DNA from: an uncultured Verrucomicrobiota bacterium
GTDB lineage: Bacteria > Verrucomicrobiota > Kiritimatiellia > RFP12 > UBA3636
Length of the DNA: 49,619 bases
Assembly: GCA_946534105.1 (NCBI GenBank)
Contig: CAMNCG010000003.1
Span: 1-49,619, forward strand
Direction: 5' to 3'
This document shows, in pieces, positions 35,315 to 44,300 of the stretch (position 1 is the stretch's first letter; every line of letters starts with the position of its first letter). The translations under genes were made by a program, and so were the position numbers. Below the pieces are notes generated by a model. That model was given only the letters and a program-made list of their open reading frames with translations, was not told where the DNA came from and did not search any database.

Positions 35315-38300
35315 TTATTCTTCCGTTATCTTCAACCCGACGAGGAAGAGCGCGTTTTCGTCCGTCGGAACGCCAGAAACCGAGCCTTTGCCGCCATCTA
35401 GCGACAGTTCGCAGTTTTCCGCCGTGTTCGTGGTCGCCGAGCCGGGCGACGAAACCCACAGCACCGACACCGTTTCCGGCGCTTCGCCTTCCGCCGTCGC
35501 AGTGAAGGTCGCAACGCCGGTCGAAGGGTCGAAGCCGGTCCAGCGGAGGTTCGACATCGTGAAGCCGGACGGCTCCGGCGGCTCCTCGTTGTCGCGGTAC
35601 GTCACGGAGACCGTCGCATCCTCGATCACGCCGAAGAGCTGCAGCGTGTAGGACGCCGCGCCGGCGGCGGCGGGAAGGGCCGCGCCGTTCACCGTGAGCG
35701 AGGCGATGCGCTTGCCTTCGGCCGCCGTGAAGGCGTGCGACCAGTCGGCGTTGTAGACGACGTTCGTCGTCCAAGGCACGCTCCCCGCCCCGTTTGTCAC
35801 GGCAATCGTGACATCGGGAATCTTGGCGAACTCCGCCGTCGCGCTCTGCGGCTGCGTCACGTTCGAGAAGGCGTGCAGAACCGATGTCGGCTGCCCGGTC
35901 GTATTCTGCCCGTTGACCTTGCTCACGTAGTAGCCAGGACCGGCCGTGAAGAGCACGTTCGTCGAACCGCCCTTCGGCACGGAGACGGTGCCGGTCCACG
36001 AAGCGGAGCCGTTGGCCCCGGCGCTAGCCGTGACCTCAACGCTGCCGATCTCGGCGAAGTTCGCCGTGATCACGGTGCCGTCGGCCAGGACGGTAAAGGA
36101 GGCCGTGACTTCGCCGGTGGCGGCGTTCGTGGTGGCGGATGCCGGTGTCGCGCCCGTCCACCCGCTGAGGTAGTACCCCGCGTTCGGCGTGGCGGTGGCG
36201 GAGAGCGCGCCACCGACGGCGGCGACGGTGCCAAGCGGCGAAACGGTGCCGCCCGTGCCGGCGGCAAGCGTCACCGTCGGCACGGCGGCGCTCGTTGCGT
36301 TCGTGAGCGTGTAGGCATCCTCCCATGTCGCGGAGACGACGTTCGTGTTGCCGGCAAGATCGGTGAGGACGGTCGGGCGAAGGGCGAGCGACACGGGGTC
36401 GCCCGCATTGCCGCCCGTGACGCGCGCCGTCACGACGTAGTTCGTGCCGGTTTCGGTGCCGTTGGCGATGGAGAGTAGTTCGGCGGAAGCCGTGCCGCCG
36501 GTCAGCGTGAAGCTCGAGAGATCAAGGCCTGTCGCCGGCTCGGAGAGGTCGAGGCCGAAGCGCAGGATGCCCGTCGCGGCGGCCGTGGCGCGGTCGGCTT
36601 CGGAGATTTTCTCCGCTGTCACGGTCGGGACAACGGCGTCGAATGATTCGACCGGGCCGGTGGCCGCGGCGTTGGCGACGCCGCCGGGCGTCTTGGCGAA
36701 ACCGGCCTCCACCACAAGCGCCGCGTCGCCCTCGCCGGAAAGCCCGGTCACGACAATCTCGACCTCCGTGTCGGAAAGGCGCGTCGCGGAGAAATACGCA
36801 CCGGTGGCGTCGAGGTCGCTGCCGCGGGGGACGACAAAGTCCAGCTTGGACGTGTCGAAATCGACTTCGGCGGCGTTCGGGGTTAGACCGTCCTCGTTCC
36901 CGGCATACCGGACGGGACGGTCGAACGCGACGGTGAAGACCGCGTTCGTCGGGAGCGAGGCGAGCGTGTCGCTCCGCTTGATCGACACGACCTGCGGGGC
37001 GGACCAGTCGTTCGTGTTGACCGGTGCGCCGAACATCGCAAACTCGGAGAGCATGATCTCGTAGGCCTCGGACGAGGCGCCGGAAACCGACTTCGTCGTC
37101 TTGACGTTGGAAAGCACAACGCGGCCGCCGACAATGTTCGGCACATCGATGGAATAGACAAATCCCCTTGTCTTGGCCTGTGCAGCCGTCCAGGTCAGGT
37201 TGGTCGTCCAAGAGTTGGTCGTGGCGCCGCCTTGCTGGCGGATCGCGATGGTCGCCTCGGTGATTCCGGCAATCGAATTTGTAGGCAATGAGGAATTCGA
37301 CGGAACGCAGACCCACTCAATGCGTCGGATATCCATTGCCGGGGTGGAGGACCAGATCGGCAGCTTGTTGAACTCAGGCTCGCCAGTGCCGTGCAACGCC
37401 ACGACGGCCATGTTGTCACCCATCTTTCGCTCAAACTTCACCTGTTTGCCGCGGGCACCATCTCCCAATCTGTAACCCCAGGCTCGGTCTTCGCTCTGCA
37501 ACTCACCATCGGCCATGTTGCAGTACTCGTATTCTCCGATAGCCGTCTGAGAACCTCCGCGGACGTTGACGCGGTATCCGACATATTCATTCTTGTTCGT
37601 TGTTGTGGCCTTGTTGAGCTTGAAGAATCCGCCATACGCCTTCATCGCGAGATTGACTTCGGCGGGTCCGACGTTCGTGACGGCGATGCCGCTGGCTGGA
37701 TCGGTGTAGACAAGGCGGTGGTCCACGAAGGCGTCGGCCATCCATGAAGAGTTCTTGTCGGTCGCGCGACGCGAATCCCACACGAAAGCCTCCATCGCGG
37801 CACGAGAATCCTTGCCCATCTCGAAGACCTGGATGGTGTAGGAGTTTTCGCCAGAAGTGGGGAAAATGTTCGTCACCGTGGCACAGTCATAGCCGTTCGT
37901 CGTCCAAGGCTGGGCAACAGGGTCTCTGCCCTGATACGTATGCGGCGCGCCGGTCTTGGCGTCGGTGACGGCGAAGGCGCCGGCATCCGGCATGGAATCG
38001 ACGTTCCAGAGCTTCCATTCGAGGATGTTCGGGTCGTCGAGGCGGCGGCCGACGTATTCAAGGCGCGGGGCCGGGGGGAGCGCGGCGACGGACGCCGTCG
38101 CGGACCACTCGTTCGTATTGCCCATCGCGCCGGCCGGGACGACGAGCTCGACGGTCGCGCGCTCCGGCGCGAGCGGCGACGTGGCAACCGAAACGGTCGT
38201 GGTGGCGGAATTGGAATCGTACGAGACATCGACATCCTCGATATCGACGTTGTTGAGGCGAAGCCACTTGGCCACATCCTCGCCGGAGGCATCGCCAGGC

Positions 38301-41300
38301 ACCTCGAAGACGGCGTTCGTGACGCCGGCAACGATTTTGCCCACGACCGGATCCGGCACGTCGGCGACGGTCCAGGAGATGCGCTCGACGGAAGAGGTGT
38401 TGCCGGCAGTGTCCCAAGCTTGCCAATCGAAGGCCCAGTCGCCCGCTCCGAGCGTGGCCTGCGCGCGAACGGGCGAATTCGTGGTCGCCCAGTCCTCGCC
38501 GGAGGCGACGGTTTCCTCCTCGCCGTTTCCGGCGAGGCGCAGGAGAGACCATGCGACGCGGACGTTCGGGTCGGGGTCGTCTTCCCCGTCGGAAACGGAT
38601 TCCAGCGTGGCGATCACGATGGTGGCGTCGTTGGTCGAATTGTCGTCGGGCAGGCCGGACCACGTGACCGTGGGGGGGGTGGTGTCGACGACGAGCGTCG
38701 ACGAGACGCTGTTGTTGGTGGTGGCATTGCCGGCCGTGTCGGTGGCGGCGATGGTGAAGGTGGCGTTGGAAGTGGCCGTGGTGGCGAAGGTGCAGTGGGT
38801 GACGCCAGCGGCGGACGGGGCCGCCGCCTCAACACGCTGATTCGCAACGGCAACGGTATCAAGATTCACATCGACGACATCGAAGGAATACGTGACCGGT
38901 GCGCCGGTCTTCGCGCGGAGCGGCGCGACGGACAGCGGACCGATGACGGGCGCGGTGTAATCCACCTCGCAGGTCGCGGCCGTAGCGGCGGCGTTGCCGA
39001 TGCCGAGCGCGTTGGTGCAGACGTGCGCCGCAAGCGCAAGACCGACCGTGGTGCCCGGGCGGGTGGCCTGGACCTGCACCTCGTATGCAACGGACGGAGC
39101 CGTTGCAGCAACGCTCTTGAAAGAGTTGTCTTTGATCGCGCCGCCAAGAACTTCAAAGTCGGAGGTGTCGATGCCATAGACCGCCTCGGAGAACGTCACC
39201 GTGAACGTGGCGGTGTCGCCCTTCACGGGCTGCTGCGCCGGAGCCGTGATGTAGACCGTCGGTTTGGCGCGCGTGACGCTCCACTCGCAGGTGGCAGCCT
39301 CGCTCACGTTGCCCGCCGCATCGGTGGCCGTGGCGGAGAAGGTGTAGGCGCCTTCGCCGAGGCCGGAGCCCTGCGCCGAGAAGGCGCCGGTGGCGTCGGA
39401 GGCGTCGCCCGAACGAACGACGGCGTTTCCGCCATCGCGCACAACCCACGCGAACGAGAGTCCGCCCCCTGCGTTGGCGTCCACGGCCCGCACCGCGATG
39501 GCGAAGTCGCCGGCGGAGGTGGTGTCCGGCGGCGTGTTGGAGAGCGTGACCACAGGTGCGGTGGTGTCGAAGATCCGGGTGATCGCGGCGGGAGAGGCGG
39601 TGTTGCCGTTGCCCGCGGCATCGCGGAACGACCCAGCCGGGAGCGTGACGGTCACCGCCCTCTCGGCGGTCGGCGTGACCGTGATGGTGTACTCGCCAGC
39701 GGAGGAGGCGACCACGGCCGTGCCGTTGGCAACCGTCGGAACCGGGTTTCCATCGAGCGGCTCGTTGAACGTGGCCAAGACCACCATCGGCGAGGCGGAG
39801 GCGTTGAAATATGCGGGCGTCGCGGACGTGAAGGAGTCTGCGGCGGGCGGGGTGCTGTCGTAGGTCACCGAGATCGTCTGCGCGGCGGCGGCGTTGCCGT
39901 TGCCCGCCGCGTCCTGGCACTTGCCGGACGCGAGCGTCACGGTCGTCGCGACCCCCTCCTGCGCGGAGTTGGCGGCGCACTGCACCGTGAGCGTGTAGGA
40001 CGCGCCGGAGCCGGCAAGCGCCGTCGCCGTGCCGTTCGCGACGGTGAAGTCCTCCTTCGCGAGACCGGTCACGGCCTCGTCGAAGGAAACCGTCACCGTG
40101 AAGGTGTCCGTCTTCTGCTTCTTGCCGTTTGCGGCACTGGAAAGTGTCGGCTTCGGGTGGGTCGTGTCGTAGGTGACGGAGATCGTCTGCCCGGCGGCGG
40201 CGTTGCCGTTGCCCGCCGCGTCCTGGCACTTGCCGGACGCGAGCGTCACGGTCGTCGCGACCCCCTCCTGCGCGGAGTTGGCGGCGCACTGCACCGTGAG
40301 CGTGTAGGACGCGCCGGAGCCGGCAAGCGCCGTCGCCGTGCCGTTCGCGACGGTGAAGTCCTCCTTCGCGAGACCGGTCACGGCCTCGTCGAAGGAAACC
40401 GTCACCGTGAAGGTGTCCGTCTTCTGCTTCTTGCCGTTTGCGGCACTGGAAAGTGTCGGCTTCGGGTGGGTCGTGTCGTAGGTGACGGAGATCGTCTGCC
40501 CGGCGGCGGCGTTGCCGTTGCCCGCCGCGTCCTGGCACTTGCCGGACGCGAGCGTCACGGTCGTCGCGACCCCCTCCTGCGCGGAGTTGGCGGCGCACTG
40601 CACCGTGAGCGTGTAGGACGCGCCGGAGCCGGCAAGCGCCGTCGCCGTGCCGTTCGCGACGGTGAAGTCCTCCTTCGCGAGACCGGTCACGGCCTCGTCG
40701 AAGGAAACCGTCACCGTGAAGGTGTCCGTCTTCTGCTTCTTGCCGTCTGCCGTGCTGGCGAGCGTCGGAACGGGTTTCGTCGTGTCGTAGGTGACGGAGA
40801 TCGGCTGCGCGGCGGCGGCGTTGCCGTTGCCCGCCGCGTCCTCGCACTTGTCCGCCGCGAGCGTCACGGTCGTCGCGGCCCCCTCCTGCGCGGAGTTGGC
40901 GGCGCACTTCACCGTGAGCGTGTACGACTTGCCGGAGCCGGCAAGCGCCGTCGCCGTGCCGTTCGCGACGGTGAAGTCCTCCTTCGCGAGACCGGTCACG
41001 GCCTCGTCGAAGGAAACCGTCACCGTGAAGGTGTCCGTCTTCTGCTTCTTGCCGTCTGCCGTGCTGGCGAGCGTCGGAACGGGTTTCGTCGTGTCGTAGG
41101 TGACGGAGATCGGCTGCGCGGCGGCGGCGTTGCCGTTGCCCGCCGCGTCCTCGCACTTGTCCGCCGCGAGCGTCACGGTCGTCGCGGCCCCCTCCTGCGC
41201 GGAGTTGGCGGCGCACTTCACCGTGAGCGTGTACGACTTGCCGGAGCCGGCAAGCGCCGTCGCCGTGCCGTTCGCGACGGTGAAGTCCTCCTTCGCGAGA

Positions 41301-44300
41301 CCGGTCACGGCCTCGTCGAAGGAAACCGTCACCGTGAAGGTGTCCGTCTTCTGCTTGCCGCCGTCGGCGTCGCTGGAGAGCGTCGGAACCGGGGCCTTGC
41401 CGTCGTAGGTCGTAGTGGCGGATCCGCTCCAAGCGGTAGATGCGTTGCCGAAGTCGTCCAAAGCGCCGCCGGCGGCAACGGCCGAAACGCCGATCTCAAG
41501 CGAAGGAGCTTCCGCGTCGGACGGCTTCACGTACACGGTAAACGCATTGGTGAGGCCGGAGGCCGGAGAAACGGACGAAACAGACCCGTTCGCGACGGTG
41601 AACGCCGCTGCCGTAAGGTTGCTCACGGGAGAATCGAACGTCACGGCAAACGGAACGGAGTCGGCCTTGGAAAAGCGCTCCTTCCCGTTCTCGGGCGTGA
41701 TGGAACGGATGGTCGGGGGAGCAAAGTAGAGACGGATCGATCCGGCTTCGGCCGGTTTGTCGGCGAGGGACGCGTTGTCCGTCTCGGCGATCCAGCGGAG
41801 CGGGACACCCTCGGCATCGACGTCGCCAATGTCCGTCTTCGCCTCCCAGACCGCCGAAAGTTCGGTCCTGCCGGTCGGGACCGGAATGTTGGCGGCGGCA
41901 CCGGAAGCCGTGACGTATTCGGCGGAACCGCTGGCGACGGATGAAAGCGTGGCCTGACGCCACGTAGCGCCGGAATCGGAAGAGAATTCGAGGCGTAGCG
42001 ACTCGACGACGTTCGTGAAGGGGTTGACGATCTGGACGCCGCGAAGATCGACAACGCCGGAGCCGTCCTTGCGCTGGGCTTTCGTGCCGGTCGTGACGGC
42101 CAGCTCGAAGTGCGCCGAAGAGGTCGCCTCCGAAACGGACTCCACCGGGAAGTCGCCATGGTTGCGGGCGACGAAGGCGAAGACGATGTTCGTCGGCGTG
42201 ATATCGTACTCCCAATGCGCAGTGGCAAACGTGTTGGTCCAAGCGTCGAGCGTCTGCCACGTGCCGGCGCCCGGCTCGACACCGGACGATGCGGGATCGG
42301 CCGCCCCCGGGACCCAGTCGACGGCCTCGGGCTTCGACTCGTCGCCGCCCATGCGGTAGAGCCAAGCACGGAGCGCGTATTCGGTACTCGTGGGGTTGCC
42401 GTTGCGGACCGCGGCGAACGGCCCGGTTTCGTCGGCGATGGCCTCCTCGGGCATCGCGAACGAAATCCAGATGCCGGCGTCGGGATCGGCCGTGGCGACA
42501 GGCGCCGCGCCCGGCGCAGCGGCCTTGGTGTAGGCCGTCGAAACGGACTTTTCGTCGGCCGAGAGAACGCCCGCACCGTTCTGCGCGACGAACGTCAACG
42601 TGCCGATCGACGTGTTCGGGCCGGAGCCGCCGGTCACGGTGGCATCAGGCGTCGTCACCGATGCAGCATCGCGGCCCCATTTCGTTTCGCCCTCGCCGAG
42701 ATTGTCGATGCCGGCCGTGAAGACGACGGAATTGGTGGATTCGGCCGCCCAGGAAAGGCTCCACTCGCCGAGCAGCGTCCAGGCCGTGGCGGAGGCGGCG
42801 GCGTTCGTGGTGGCCTCAAGCGCATCCCTGGCGGAGAGGGTATAGGTGTATTCGGTGTTCTGCGAGAGGCCGGAGACGGTATATGACGCATTGGTCATCC
42901 ATTCGGACGGAACGTTCACGCCAGCGATGGAGTATTCGACGGGCTTGTCGATATCGGAGGCGAGGACGGCGAGGTCGAGGCCATCAACACGATACGCCGA
43001 GACCTCGATGGTAGCGTCCTTCGGCGCGGCGTTTTCGAGCGACTGGCCGACGTTCTTGTCGCCTTCGGTACCGTTCTGGACGACCCACTCCTGCCAGAAG
43101 GTGGCGTTGGCCGGGGTGCCCGAGCCGATGGCGGAAAGGGACTTGCCAGAGGAGGGCTCTCCATCGTAGATGACATCGCAGCCGGGGACGCTGCCGCCCC
43201 AGCACATCGCGTAGCGGATGGCGCCTTCGGCGTCGATCACCTTCAGGCCGCCGACGGTCGGAAGCGCGAGGCCGGAGAGGACGTAGAAGCCCACGTTGTC
43301 GGCTACATCGTCGTGGCGAAGGCCGTCGAGCGGGGCGGTGGAGGAAAGGGTCGTGGTGGAAAGCGCGGCGCCGGAGGCGTCGAGGACCACGGCCTTCCAG
43401 CCGCCGATGTCCGCGGAAGAGGGCCCCTCGGCGACACCGGTGCCATAGACGCGGCCGGCGAACTCGATCCAGGAATCGGCCCCGTCGAAGTGCAGCTCGT
43501 TCACCCAGGCCTCCTGCGGGCCCCAGGCGGTGACGGCGGGGTCGGGACGCGGGCCGTACTCGCCCGTGACGGACCAGATGCCGTTCGCGTAGCTGGCGTT
43601 GTCCGGGAAGTAGGAGACATCCGTCTGAAATTCCTCCTGCAGGGCGCCGTTGTTCGTATCGAAGACGACCTTGAACCAGTAGGAGAACTGGTCGCCCTCG
43701 TGAAGGAAATCATCGGTCCAGCCGGCGGCGGAATAGAGATCGATGCTGCCACCCTCGGAAACGGCACCGTCCGCGAGGACGGGATTCGCGTAGGAACCGG
43801 CGGCGATGGCGTCGGCCTGGAAGATCGTGGCGCTGTTGGTCGTGGTGACGCCCGCGCGGACGCGCTCGGCCCACAGTTCGACCCGAAGCCCCGTCGCGCC
43901 GCCCTCCCCGACTTCAAGCGTCCAGTCCGCCAAATACGGCTGCCCCGCGATCGGCATGGCCTTCACCGGCGTGCAATTTGTCACCGCCGCCCAGTCTTGG
44001 AAGGAAAGGTAGAGATCGTCGATGTACAGATCGACACCCGTATACCCACCAGCGAATGCGTTCAGTACAACACAATAGTCGTTCGTCGCCCCTTCCGGGA
44101 GCGGCATAAGTTGGGTCGTTTGAACCCAAACATTCTTCGGAAAACCGCTGTAATAGTTGCCCACCGGATGCGACATTGCCAGCCAAGCATTCGTTCTCGC
44201 CAAAGCATCAGGTTCTGAAAGCGCGACGGCCACCCGGTCCCCTGGTGCTTGCGCTCCATTGTTCTTAGCGAGAACAGAAGTCTTCAGCCAACGGTTTGCG

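Noticed and set aside
34107-35999. Extended starts for the 34107, 30617, 46726, 21404 and 6707 ORFs
   Set aside because: Signal peptides, prepilin motif or promoters point to downstream ATGs (35225, 34090, 47547, 22177, 7378).
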